Source of the DNA: a virus
Lineage: Duplodnaviria > Caudoviricetes
Length of the DNA: 35,469 nucleotides
IMG/VR virus record: IMGVR_UViG_3300016474_000374
Location: 1 to 35,469 of that record
Direction: 5' to 3' (one strand)
The position numbers and the translations under genes were made by a program. The notes below the pieces were generated by a model, which had not been told where the DNA came from, did no database searches, and saw only the letters and a program-made list of their open reading frames with translations. Positions 10,140-19,204 of the stretch are shown in pieces; position 1 is the stretch's first letter; every line of letters starts with the position of its first letter.

Positions 10140-10499
10140 ATGCGGTTAGAAGGTAAAGTTGAAAAAGTCTGGGGACATGAGGATATCTGGTGCACTAATG
10201 ACAAATACTGTGGAAAATTTATGCATTTCAATAAAGGTGCTAATTTTTCAATGCATTTTCATGCAGAAAAAGACGAGACTTGGTACATTCTCTCGGGCAA
10301 ATTTAGAGTAAAATGTATAGATACTAAAACCGCATCCACTTGGGAGAAGGAATTGAACAAAGGGGATACTTGGCACAATCCTCCTTTGTTCCCTCACCAG
10401 GTATTCTGCATAGAGGCTGGGACGATAATAGAAGTATCTACCCCAGATTCTGTAGAAGATAATTATAGAGTAATACCGGGTTCTAAAGGAAATGAGTAA
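10140..10499 (+). CDS. Cupin (sugar isomerase/mannose-6-P-isomerase-like)
   Basis: KVWGHE, SMHFHAEKDETWY and PH...EVST cupin metal motifs. Confidence 0.85.
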   Translation: MRLEGKVEKVWGHEDIWCTNDKYCGKFMHFNKGANFSMHFHAEKDETWYILSGKFRVKCIDTKTASTWEKELNKGDTWHNPPLFPHQVFCIEAGTIIEVSTPDSVEDNYRVIPGSKGNE

Positions 10500-10689
10500 A
10501 ATAGTCTTACTTAAAGATGTGTATGCTCTTAAAGAACAAAAAGAAAAAGAGCTATTATTTTATAAAGAAAAACTTACAGAAATACAAGATAAGATGTTTT
10601 GGTTAGAAAAGGAATTGAAACTAACCAAAGATATCATTAAAATGATCGAAGATGAACGAGTAAAAAACATAGCAGAAGGAGAAAAATGA
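10492..10689 (+). CDS. Hypothetical coiled-coil protein
   Basis: 65 aa ORF overlapping its neighbours. Confidence 0.6.
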   Translation: MSKIVLLKDVYALKEQKEKELLFYKEKLTEIQDKMFWLEKELKLTKDIIKMIEDERVKNIAEGEK

Positions 10690-10940
10690 AACTCTTGAAG
10701 TTCCAAGCGGACTGGTGTGGTCCGTGTAAAATGATGTCTAGTGTTATTAAAAATTTAGGAGCCAAAGTCACTATTCCTATCGAGGAAATAAACATAGACG
10801 AAAATATGGAAGAGACTAGAAAATGGAAAGTGACAAGTGTTCCGACACTTATTCTAGTTGACGAAAACGGAGAAATTAAAAGACATATGGGCGCCCTTCG
10901 GGAACCACAATTTTTAGAATTTATAAAGAATGACAGATAA
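10686..10940 (+). CDS. Thioredoxin
   Basis: WCGPC active site and cis-Pro motif SVPT. Confidence 0.93.
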   Translation: MKLLKFQADWCGPCKMMSSVIKNLGAKVTIPIEEINIDENMEETRKWKVTSVPTLILVDENGEIKRHMGALREPQFLEFIKNDR

Positions 10941-10951
10941 CAGGATATTTT

Positions 10952-11875
10952 ATGGCTACAACATTTATTATAGACGGTGGATTGGGAAGACAAATCGCAG
11001 CTATTCCTGCGCTTGAAAAATTTATTAGACGTTATCCGGATACAAACATCATTACTCATTTCTGGACTCCAATCTACTGGGGTAACAAGATTTTAGCCAA
11101 CAGAACATTTGATGCTTCTACTAAAGGATTATTTGATAGAGTAAAAGATACAAAAATTGTAAAACCGGAACCTTATTATAATTCTAACTATATCAACAAC
11201 AAGGTATCGTTGGCGGATGCGTTCAATGAGGAAATAAACGGCGATAATGAAAAAATGCCGATTCCAAGAATTCATCTTACACCTGCAGAAATGCGCAATG
11301 GATGGAACATCGCAAGGCAAAATAATAGAAAGGTAGTTGTGTTTCAACCTTTTGGTAGTACAGCAAGAATTGAAAATGGAGAGATTCTAGATAATACTGT
11401 TCGTTCTTTGGAAATGGGGGCGACACAGCAGTTAATTAATTTTCTTAGAAATGATGGTTATGACATAGCATTCTTCGACGACAGAGAATGGCCAGCAACA
11501 ATTGATAGAAACAAATTTTTACCTATCAGAGGGGTAGATTGTAGAGTCTGGGCATCTATTATTGCTAACTCTGATTACTTCCTCGGAGTAGATAGTGCCG
11601 GGCAGCATATTGCGAGAGCATTTGACAAACCAGGGACTGTTATTATTGGCGGAACTACTGAAGTAAATACAAGTTATCCTGATCATTTTAATATTGTTAA
11701 GAAGAATGTAGAAAAACGATATATGAGTTATAGATTGTGTGACTTTGATTACTGGTTATCTGAACTAGAGAATTCTGATCTTATGAGATATTCACCTGAA
11801 GAAGTTCAAAACATATGTAACATGGTAGGCAAAGACATCAAGGAAAAAATGAATGATAAAAAAATTAAAAAGTAA
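10952..11875 (+). CDS. Glycosyltransferase family 9-like (heptosyltransferase fold)
   Basis: N-terminal GGLG and C-terminal IANSDYFLGVDSAGQHIARAFDKPG. Confidence 0.8.
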   Translation: MATTFIIDGGLGRQIAAIPALEKFIRRYPDTNIITHFWTPIYWGNKILANRTFDASTKGLFDRVKDTKIVKPEPYYNSNYINNKVSLADAFNEEINGDNEKMPIPRIHLTPAEMRNGWNIARQNNRKVVVFQPFGSTARIENGEILDNTVRSLEMGATQQLINFLRNDGYDIAFFDDREWPATIDRNKFLPIRGVDCRVWASIIANSDYFLGVDSAGQHIARAFDKPGTVIIGGTTEVNTSYPDHFNIVKKNVEKRYMSYRLCDFDYWLSELENSDLMRYSPEEVQNICNMVGKDIKEKMNDKKIKK

Positions 11876-12845
11876 TCTATCAGAAGAAAGACACGCATTC
11901 AAACCTTTTAATTATCCCTGGGCATTTGAAGCCTGGTTGAAGCATGAACAAATGCATTGGCTTCATTCAGAAGTGCCAATGATCGAAGATGTGAAGGATT
12001 GGAAAAACAAGTTGTCAGAGGATGAAAAGAAATTTCTAACACATATCTTTAGATTTTTCACACAGGGAGATGTAGATGTTGCTGGAGGTTATGTGAAGAA
12101 TTATCTTCCTTACTTCCCTCAACCAGAAGTAAGAATGATGTTATGCGGTTTTGCCGCCCGTGAAGCGCTGCATATTGCAGCATATTCTCATCTTATTGAG
12201 TCACTGGGCATGCCGGACACTACATACAACGAGTTTCTCGAGTATGCTGAAATGCGAGAGAAACATGATTACCTTTTGGATCTCAGCTCGAAGAACAGCA
12301 CTAAACAATCTACGGCCGAACACATCGCTGCATTTAGCGCGTTTACGGAAGGCATGCAGCTCTTTAGTTCTTTCATTATGCTTCTTAATTTTCCTCGTCA
12401 TGGTCTAATGAAGGGCATGGGTCAAATTGTAACTTGGTCTATAGCAGATGAAACACTGCATGCTGAGTCGATGATCAAACTCTTCAGAACATATATAGAG
12501 GAGAACCGAGAAATCTGGAATGACGAACTTAAAGGAAAAATTTATACTATTGCTACCAAAATGGTGGAGCTTGAAGATAAGTTTATTGATTTGGCATTCG
12601 GCATGGTACGCGTGGCTGATCTGGACGCTAATGACGTTAAATCTTATATCAGGTATATTACTGACCGCCGTCTTATTAGTTTGGGTCTTAAAGGAATCAT
12701 GAAGGTAAAAAAGAATCCATTACCATGGGTTGAGGAAATGTTAAATGCGCCAACGCATACTAACTTCTTTGAGAATAGAGTAACAGATTATGCTAAAGGA
12801 AGTTTGACTGGCGATTGGTCAGACGTTTGGGGTAGAGCAGCCTAA
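11853..12845 (+). CDS. nrdB: Ribonucleotide reductase class Ia beta subunit
   Basis: FFTQGD, EALHIAAY, EGMQLFSSF, DETLH and NFFE...Y. Confidence 0.96.
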   Translation: MIKKLKSNLSEERHAFKPFNYPWAFEAWLKHEQMHWLHSEVPMIEDVKDWKNKLSEDEKKFLTHIFRFFTQGDVDVAGGYVKNYLPYFPQPEVRMMLCGFAAREALHIAAYSHLIESLGMPDTTYNEFLEYAEMREKHDYLLDLSSKNSTKQSTAEHIAAFSAFTEGMQLFSSFIMLLNFPRHGLMKGMGQIVTWSIADETLHAESMIKLFRTYIEENREIWNDELKGKIYTIATKMVELEDKFIDLAFGMVRVADLDANDVKSYIRYITDRRLISLGLKGIMKVKKNPLPWVEEMLNAPTHTNFFENRVTDYAKGSLTGDWSDVWGRAA

Positions 12846-12994
12846 TGTACAAATATAAATTATGGGTAAGAATTAATTCTTACCAAACTGCTGAGACTAT
12901 TGTATATGCTAATAATGATTACGAAGCCAAATTGTTAGGAGAAGCGCAATATGGTACAGGTAATGTTCTTAACTATACGAGGATAGATGAATGA
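12845..12994 (+). CDS. Small hypothetical protein (49 aa, not in ORF track)
   Basis: MYKYKLWVRINSYQ...YTRIDE; TAATG and ATGA overlaps fill the gap exactly. Confidence 0.7.
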   Translation: MYKYKLWVRINSYQTAETIVYANNDYEAKLLGEAQYGTGNVLNYTRIDE

Positions 12995-13683
12995 ATACTA
13001 CAATTTTGCATGAACCATTCAGGTATTTAACTGCTAGTGAAATTAATACTAAAATGGCTGGTGTCTATAAACATATGGCACTAGCTGTTTTGGTTAGTAT
13101 GCTTACAGCATTTTCTGTTAGTACTGTTCCAGCACTGATGGCATTTTTATTTACAGGCTGGATGAAGTATATAGTAATGTTCCTGCCCTTAGTGGCAGTT
13201 ATTGGAATGTCAGTGGCATTGAATTCTAATCCCCCTAAAGCACTCGCGCAACTAATGTTGCTAGGGTTTTCTGTTATTATGGGGGTAAGTTTTGCCACTA
13301 TCTTTGCAGTATATAAAATGGGTAGTATCTTCACGGCCTTTATGGGTGCGGGTGTTCTATTTGGTACTATGAGTTTTTATGGTTACTTTACTAAACAAAG
13401 CTTAGATAGTCTAGGTAAGTTTATGTTTATTGGATTGATTGCAATTGTTATTACAAGTATAATTAATATTTTCATTGGCAGTAGTGTTATTGCTATGGTA
13501 GTTAGTGCCTTGGCAATAATCATTTTCCTCGGGCTTACTGCGTATGATACTCAAAAAATAAGGGAAATGATAACTGATGGCGATCAGGACAATGTAGAAG
13601 TTATTGGAGCGCTGTCATTATATCTAGATTTTATAAATATCTTCTTAAGTTTGCTTCAATTATTCGGAGACAAGAAAGAATGA
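12991..13683 (+). CDS. Bax inhibitor-1/YccA family membrane protein
   Basis: About 7 hydrophobic segments, TAYDTQKI and ALSLYLDFINIFLSLL. Confidence 0.93.
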   Translation: MNTTILHEPFRYLTASEINTKMAGVYKHMALAVLVSMLTAFSVSTVPALMAFLFTGWMKYIVMFLPLVAVIGMSVALNSNPPKALAQLMLLGFSVIMGVSFATIFAVYKMGSIFTAFMGAGVLFGTMSFYGYFTKQSLDSLGKFMFIGLIAIVITSIINIFIGSSVIAMVVSALAIIIFLGLTAYDTQKIREMITDGDQDNVEVIGALSLYLDFINIFLSLLQLFGDKKE

Positions 13684-13982
13684 AAAAAATATTAGTTTCA
13701 TTATTTTTATTATCTTTTTCTTCAGTAGCAGCAGCTAATCCATACGGGCACAGGCATCACCATCATAGACATTGGCATTCTCCCCCTGTTCATCATTGGG
13801 TAGTACCTGCCTTAATTGGCGGAGCAGTAGTTTATGCTGCTACCAGACCCGATCCTGTGGTTGTACAACAACCTGCACCTGTAGTCCTCAATTCTCAATA
13901 TATAATAGTTGATGGCGTAACCTATAAAAAAGAATTAGTGATAATTAACGGTATCTCTCAAGAAATTTGGATTAGACAGTAA
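13680..13982 (+). CDS. Secreted/membrane His-rich hypothetical protein
   Basis: Signal peptide (AAA), [10 protein letters not shown] tract and hydrophobic [11 protein letters not shown]. Confidence 0.65.
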   Translation: MKKILVSLFLLSFSSVAAANPYGHRHHHHRHWHSPPVHHWVVPALIGGAVVYAATRPDPVVVQQPAPVVLNSQYIIVDGVTYKKELVIINGISQEIWIRQ

Positions 13983-14299
13983 TGTTACAAATAACAGACA
14001 AAGCATATAAACAAATTCAATCAGTAATGATTGAAGAAAATACTACAGATGCTCTGCGGGTTTTTGTCCAAGGAGGAGGGTGCTCAGGATTTAACTATGG
14101 ATTTACTTTTGATGAGCAGAAAGATGATGATTTCGTCATGGAAAAAGACGGGATAAAAGTATTAGTAGACGCTATGAGTATGACATATCTTGAAGGTGCT
14201 GAGATAGATTACAAAAAGGATTTTACATCTGCTCAATTTGTTATTAAAAATCCTAACGCCACTACTACTTGTGGTTGCGGTTCTTCCTTTGCTGTATAA
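13982..14299 (+). CDS. erpA: A-type Fe-S carrier (ErpA/IscA, HesB family)
   Basis: [15 protein letters not shown] and [14 protein letters not shown]. Confidence 0.9.
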   Translation: MLQITDKAYKQIQSVMIEENTTDALRVFVQGGGCSGFNYGFTFDEQKDDDFVMEKDGIKVLVDAMSMTYLEGAEIDYKKDFTSAQFVIKNPNATTTCGCGSSFAV

Positions 14300-14679
14300 T
14301 GGCTTACTCGGTACAAGTATTAGACCACTACGAAAACCCCCGTAACGTCGGATCCTTTGCAAAGGAAATCAAGAGAGTTGGCACAGGTATGGTTGGAGCA
14401 CCAGCATGTGGTGATGTAATGAAACTACAGATACAGGTGAATGAAGAAGGAATAATTACAGATGCTAAGTTTAAGACTTATGGTTGCGGGAGTGCTATTG
14501 CAAGTAGTTCATTAGTAACTGAGTGGGTTAAGGGCAAAACACTTGATCAAGCTAGTCAAATAAAGAATACTCATATAGCTGAAGAACTTGCACTACCTCC
14601 TGTAAAAATACATTGTTCAATTTTAGCAGAAGATGCTATAAAAGCTGCAATAGAGGATTTCAAAAAGAAATATATCTAA
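14299..14679 (+). CDS. iscU: Fe-S cluster scaffold protein
   Basis: YENPRNVG, PACGD, GCGSAIAS and LPPVKIHC. Start at TAATG 14299. Confidence 0.96.
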   Translation: MAYSVQVLDHYENPRNVGSFAKEIKRVGTGMVGAPACGDVMKLQIQVNEEGIITDAKFKTYGCGSAIASSSLVTEWVKGKTLDQASQIKNTHIAEELALPPVKIHCSILAEDAIKAAIEDFKKKYI

Positions 14680-14680
14680 T

Positions 14681-14854
14681 ATGAAAAATTTTATTATTTT
14701 GAGAAGAGAAATTTGTGATACTTGTGACAGACAAAAAACTACACTTGGTGTTAAAGTATGCAAAGAATGTGGTTGCTCTATTTGGGCTAAGACACAATTA
14801 TCTGCTGCAGTTTGTCCGATAGGAAAGTGGGGTAAAAGTGATAACGCAAACTGA
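14681..14854 (+). CDS. Small Cys-rich protein (DUF6171-like; not in ORF track)
   Basis: RREICDTC...CKECGC...K...CPIGKW, 57 aa. Confidence 0.7.
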   Translation: MKNFIILRREICDTCDRQKTTLGVKVCKECGCSIWAKTQLSAAVCPIGKWGKSDNAN

Positions 14855-15305
14855 TCTTGCACATATGGAAGCGGCTGAAGTATATGCCCGACTATCTAAA
14901 GCTAAAAAATTAAAAGTTGGTGCTATTGTTGTCAAAGATAATAGAGTCATTAGCATTGGTTATAATGGCACACCTGCAGGTTGGGATAATACCTGCGAGG
15001 ATGAGATTACAGTATACGAGGATTGTTATATTGATAATGGTGGCCCGCCAATGCAAGTTGGCACTATTTCGCTAACAACTAGACCAGAAGTAATTCACGC
15101 CGAAACTAATGCTATTGCTAAACTTGCCAGATCTAATGAATCGGGCGAAGGTGCCACAATGTATATTACCCATTCTCCTTGCTATGATTGTGCTAAGATG
15201 ATACACATTGCAGGTATAAAGAAAGTATATTTTAGAAAACACTATAGAAGTAATGAAGGTATAGAATTTTTAAATAAATGTAATATCGATGTGGAGAAAT
15301 TATGA
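14838..15305 (+). CDS. dCMP deaminase
   Basis: GYNGTP, HAETNA and SPCYDC. Confidence 0.93.
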   Translation: MITQTDLAHMEAAEVYARLSKAKKLKVGAIVVKDNRVISIGYNGTPAGWDNTCEDEITVYEDCYIDNGGPPMQVGTISLTTRPEVIHAETNAIAKLARSNESGEGATMYITHSPCYDCAKMIHIAGIKKVYFRKHYRSNEGIEFLNKCNIDVEKL

Positions 15306-15808
15306 ATGGTAATAATAGAGACGGAAAGATAGGAATAACAGCATCTACCTTTGATCTTTTTCATGCAGGACATATCGTTATGCTAGAAGAAGCTAAAAGA
15401 CATTGTGATTGGCTTATTGCTGCTATTCAATTAGACCCAACTATTGATAGACCTGGCGTAAAAAATAAACCAGTCCAATCAATAATTGAGAGACAAATTC
15501 AAGTGAGTGCTTGTAAATTTGTAGATGAGGTTATAGTTTATTCTACTGAAAAAGAATTAGAAGATATTTTTCTTACTCTTCCTATAGACATTAGAATTCT
15601 AGGCGAGGAATATAGAGACAAAGAATTCACCGGTAAAAATGTTTGTATAAATAGAGGTATAGAATTACACTATAATAAAAGAGATCACTACTTTAGTTCC
15701 ACAGATTTAAGGACTAGAGTCTTTGATGCGGAACTAAAGAGGCGAGGGAAGTTATGGGACGAAAACAACACTTCGAATGTGTCGAATGTGATGCAGTCTT
15801 TAAAATAA
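15302..15808 (+). CDS. Cytidylyltransferase (TagD-like)
   Basis: TFDLFHAGH and C-terminal SST motif. Confidence 0.88.
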   Translation: MNGNNRDGKIGITASTFDLFHAGHIVMLEEAKRHCDWLIAAIQLDPTIDRPGVKNKPVQSIIERQIQVSACKFVDEVIVYSTEKELEDIFLTLPIDIRILGEEYRDKEFTGKNVCINRGIELHYNKRDHYFSSTDLRTRVFDAELKRRGKLWDENNTSNVSNVMQSLK

Positions 15809-15912
15809 ATTTTGATTTAGACGAAGATTATTACAATGTAGCATATTGTCCCTTTTGCGGTTCGGAAATGGATGAAGATCAACAAGATGATTACGAGGAT
15901 GATGAATTATGA
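15754..15912 (+). CDS. Small zinc-ribbon protein with acidic tail (not in ORF track)
   Basis: MGRKQHFECVEC...YCPFCG...DDYEDDEL, 52 aa, with ATGA overlap to the next gene. Confidence 0.7.
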   Translation: MGRKQHFECVECDAVFKINFDLDEDYYNVAYCPFCGSEMDEDQQDDYEDDEL

Positions 15913-16505
15913 GATATAGTTGGTATTTAGATAATCAACACGCAGATGAACTATGGTGTTACCATAACAATCTTTTCACACCAGAAGAATGTGAAAAGAT
16001 TATAACAATCGGGCACACACCTGAATTAGTAGATTTAGATTATGCCTCCGTCGGTGGTTCTGATGATGGTAAGGTAGACTTCAATATTAGAAAATCCACT
16101 ATTGGTTGGGTGCCGATTGCTGATCAAACAGTATGGATTTTTCAGAAATTGACTGATGCTATTAACGGCATCAATAAAGGATTTTTTAATTACGAGCTAT
16201 CTCATATTGAAAACCTACAATTTACTATGTACAAAGACGATGGTGAATACTATGGTAGGCATATTGATATGATGTATAAATCAAATGCCACTAGAAAATT
16301 AAGTTTTTCTGTTCAATTAACTGATCCAAGCGACTATGAGGGTGGAGAATTTCATTTGATTGCTGGCAAGGATCCTAATATTCTACCTAAAGATCGAGGG
16401 ACTTGTTTGTTCTTCCCAAGCTGGTCTTTACATGAGGTAACTCCTGTGACCCAAGGCACTCGTTATGCTTTAGTTGGATGGGTATGCGGTCCAAGATTTA
16501 AATGA
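15909..16505 (+). CDS. 2OG-Fe(II) oxygenase (PKHD/prolyl-hydroxylase type)
   Basis: HID...RKLS...YEGGE...HEVTPVTQGTR. Confidence 0.9.
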   Translation: MRYSWYLDNQHADELWCYHNNLFTPEECEKIITIGHTPELVDLDYASVGGSDDGKVDFNIRKSTIGWVPIADQTVWIFQKLTDAINGINKGFFNYELSHIENLQFTMYKDDGEYYGRHIDMMYKSNATRKLSFSVQLTDPSDYEGGEFHLIAGKDPNILPKDRGTCLFFPSWSLHEVTPVTQGTRYALVGWVCGPRFK

Positions 16506-16837
16506 AGGATTGTCCAAAGTGTGGAACATTGCACAGTAAACCGGGGAAATTTTGTTCTCGGGCCTGTGCAAATTCGAGACAATGGACAGACGATCACAAA
16601 AAGATTTTCTCTGAGAAACAAGCTGCCTATATGGCAAGAGATGAATCAGAGGAACACCGAGCCAAAAAGTCTATACAAGCTAAGATGTTACACAAGATAG
16701 GCGCAATGGGACGAGGCCCGGCTACTGAGATTCCTGAAGATGTAATGACAAATCCAGATGACTATTTTCTAATCGCGCCTCGTATTGATGTTGATGGTAA
16801 GTTCGTTGAAGGAGGAGATCTATGGGAGGAGGTGTGA
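16502..16837 (+). CDS. Hypothetical protein with N-terminal Cys4 zinc finger
   Basis: CPKC...FCSRAC. Confidence 0.65.
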   Translation: MKDCPKCGTLHSKPGKFCSRACANSRQWTDDHKKIFSEKQAAYMARDESEEHRAKKSIQAKMLHKIGAMGRGPATEIPEDVMTNPDDYFLIAPRIDVDGKFVEGGDLWEEV

Positions 16838-16867
16838 TAAATACTGATTTAATTACAGTATACACAC

Positions 16868-17266
16868 ATGTCTCCATGGAATTTTAAAAACAAACCTCTC
16901 ACTAACATTCCTGACGGTGCCTATGGTTTTGTCTATCTAATAGAAAATAAGCAAAATAACAAGAAATATATTGGTAAAAAACTATTTTGGTTTACTAAAA
17001 CTAAACAAGTAAATAAGAAAAAGAAAAGAGTTAAATACGAATCTGATTGGAGAGATTATTGGTCAAGTTCTCCTGATGTACATAAAGATGTAGAACTGTT
17101 TGGTAAAGATAATTTTGAGAGAACTATACTACATGTATGTCCTAATAAAGGATCTTGTAATTATCTAGAAGCTAGAGAACAAATGGATAGAAGAGTTCTC
17201 GAAACTGAAGAATATTATAATGGTACCATACAGTGTAGAATACATAAAACACATGTAAAACTCTGA
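16868..17266 (+). CDS. GIY-YIG endonuclease, T4 EndoII-like
   Basis: GFVY...KYIGKK, YWSS and conserved E and YN. Confidence 0.8.
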   Translation: MSPWNFKNKPLTNIPDGAYGFVYLIENKQNNKKYIGKKLFWFTKTKQVNKKKKRVKYESDWRDYWSSSPDVHKDVELFGKDNFERTILHVCPNKGSCNYLEAREQMDRRVLETEEYYNGTIQCRIHKTHVKL

Positions 17267-17273
17267 GGTTGTT

Positions 17274-18434
17274 ATGAAAATTGCTGTGATCGGTGCTGGT
17301 ATTGCAGGCGTAACTGCTGCATATTATCTGGCAAAAAATAAACACGATGTAACTGTCTTTGAAAAAGAACCATACTCAGCTATGAAATGTTCTTTTGCTA
17401 ATGGCGGGCAATTGTCTGTTTGTAATTCTGATGTATGGAACACGTGGTCTAATATAGTCAAAGGTGTTAAATGGATGCTAAAAAAGGATGCACCTTTACT
17501 AATTAGGCCTGATCTTGATTGGCAAAAGGCTACATGGTTATTTAAGTTTGTTCAGTCCACGCTGAGAAAAGATGCAGAAAAAAGAACTTTGGATATCATT
17601 TTACTTGGTATGAAATCCAGAAGATTATATAATACATTAGCTCGTGCTGAGAACATTAAGTTTGATTATAATCAATGTGGCATACTAAGATTTTATAAGA
17701 ACACTGAGTATTTTGATTCAGCCAAAGCTATGACGAGATTATATCTCGATGCCGGAGTAAATTGGCAGGTAATCAACAGCCAAGGATGTCTCGAGGTCGA
17801 ACCAAGATTATATCATGTAAAGAATGAAGTAGTGGGAGGCATCTTGTCTCCAGATGATTCAGTCGGGGACATTCATAAGTTCTGTACTAATCTCTCATCT
17901 ATTCTCGAAACAAGATATAATGTAAAGTTCATATACAATCACAAGGTAAAAGCAATCGCTGAGCTATCAGAATATGATAGAATAGTTATAGCAAATGGAT
18001 CAGATGCTTGTGAATTTATGATAGATAATCTTTGTGTATATCCGGTTAAAGGTTATAGCATTACAATTAATAATGGGCATGGATCACCTGCAGTGTCATT
18101 ACTAGATGATCAAGCAAAAATAGTTAGTTCGAGACTTGGTGATAAACTTCGAGTCGCTGGCACTGCAGAACTAACTGGGCATAATCAAGATATTACTCGA
18201 TCAAGAATTACGCCTTTACTTAAATGGGTAAAGACTAATTTTCCTAATATGAATACAAGCGATTACTCGCAATGGGCTTGTCTCAGACCAATGACTCCGG
18301 ACATGATGCCAATAGTGAAACGCTCAGAATTTAATTCAAGAGTTTACTATCACTGTGGTCACGGTCACTTAGGTTGGACAACAGCACCAGCCACTGCGCT
18401 GAGACTCGCTGAGATGATGGACGCTGAGACATGA
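17274..18434 (+). CDS. dadA: D-amino acid dehydrogenase (FAD-dependent)
   Basis: GAGIAG, SFANGGQLS, YPVKGYSIT, LRVAGTAE, LRPMTPD and GHGHLGWT. Confidence 0.88.
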   Translation: MKIAVIGAGIAGVTAAYYLAKNKHDVTVFEKEPYSAMKCSFANGGQLSVCNSDVWNTWSNIVKGVKWMLKKDAPLLIRPDLDWQKATWLFKFVQSTLRKDAEKRTLDIILLGMKSRRLYNTLARAENIKFDYNQCGILRFYKNTEYFDSAKAMTRLYLDAGVNWQVINSQGCLEVEPRLYHVKNEVVGGILSPDDSVGDIHKFCTNLSSILETRYNVKFIYNHKVKAIAELSEYDRIVIANGSDACEFMIDNLCVYPVKGYSITINNGHGSPAVSLLDDQAKIVSSRLGDKLRVAGTAELTGHNQDITRSRITPLLKWVKTNFPNMNTSDYSQWACLRPMTPDMMPIVKRSEFNSRVYYHCGHGHLGWTTAPATALRLAEMMDAET

Positions 18435-18748
18435 TAGAAACTTATGACAACACTACTTTTAATCTTGAAAAAATATGTATAAAAGGTGATGTATTACAAT
18501 GCACACTAAACTTAGATGAATTTGATTTGTTTGATAAATCTTTTCCCGAGGATTTTATAAAAACAGAGCTTGCTAAAAAATTAGCAATAAAACTGCTAGA
18601 AAACAATTATATCAATTTTACTAAAACCAAAAACCACGCAGATATGTCAGTAACCTACATAGCGAGAGCTGCTGTCGTACCTAAAGATATTGTGCAAGAA
18701 TTAGTGAAAACCGCACAGGTAAAAGGGTTTCTAAAAGTCAATCCTTAG
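18431..18748 (+). CDS. Hypothetical protein
   Basis: 105 aa ORF with ATGA overlap. Confidence 0.6.
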   Translation: MIETYDNTTFNLEKICIKGDVLQCTLNLDEFDLFDKSFPEDFIKTELAKKLAIKLLENNYINFTKTKNHADMSVTYIARAAVVPKDIVQELVKTAQVKGFLKVNP

Positions 18749-18787
18749 CGTTGTTTTTTCACAACACTGATCAAGTTGCACACAAGT

Positions 18788-18833
18788 ACCCGAGCATTTG
18801 ACTCGGGTTACTTTTGGTTATATAATTTGAACA
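18788..18833 (+). promoter_or_regulatory. Early promoter element copy 1 (inverted repeat plus sigma70 promoter)
   Basis: ACCCGAG-CATTTGA-CTCGGGT; TTGACT(18798)-17-TATAAT(18821); ATG at predicted +1. Confidence 0.85.
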
Positions 18834-19138
18834 TGATGAGAAAAAAGCGAACCGACAGACGTCACATCGTGTACCTCCTACAGAATGCTGTAACAGGCGA
18901 ATCTTACGTCGGGGTTACACAGGGTTTTCGGCAGAAAGATCTTCGTGTGAGGGTTCTGAAGCACTTTCAGAGGGCCCTTAGCGAGGCCAAGAGCTGGACA
19001 CTGTGCAAGAACATACGCCAGTACGGACCCGAATCTTTCGTCTGGACAGTGCTGGACGTCGTCAGGGGCAAGGGCACTGCTCACGCTCTAGAACTTGAGC
19101 TCTTGTCCAAGTACGCTCCGGAGTTGAACTCCAAGTAA
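18833..19138 (+). CDS. GIY-YIG family nuclease, probably leaderless
   Basis: HIVY...SYVGVT...R...H...E...LN. No SD; ATG coincides with predicted +1. Confidence 0.75.
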   Translation: MMRKKRTDRRHIVYLLQNAVTGESYVGVTQGFRQKDLRVRVLKHFQRALSEAKSWTLCKNIRQYGPESFVWTVLDVVRGKGTAHALELELLSKYAPELNSK

Positions 19139-19198
19139 CCCTTCATTTGACTCGGGTTACTGCAGAACATATAATATGGGTATAGTGAAAAACAGGAG
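19136..19198 (+). promoter_or_regulatory. Early promoter element copy 2
   Basis: TAACCCTTCATTTGACTCGGGT; TTGACT(19147)-17-TATAAT(19170); ATAGTGAAA; AGGAG. Confidence 0.88.
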
Positions 19199-19204
19199 AT
19201 GCAA

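Noticed and set aside
7394-12845. Intron or intein in nrdA/nrdB
   Set aside because: Both ORFs are continuous and of compact length. The genes between them are independent ORFs.
16836-16860. Late promoter GATAAATA plus a small TACTG/CAGTA dyad upstream of the GIY-YIG gene
   Set aside because: One mismatch in AT-rich DNA and a 5-bp stem. Plausible but not distinguishable from chance.
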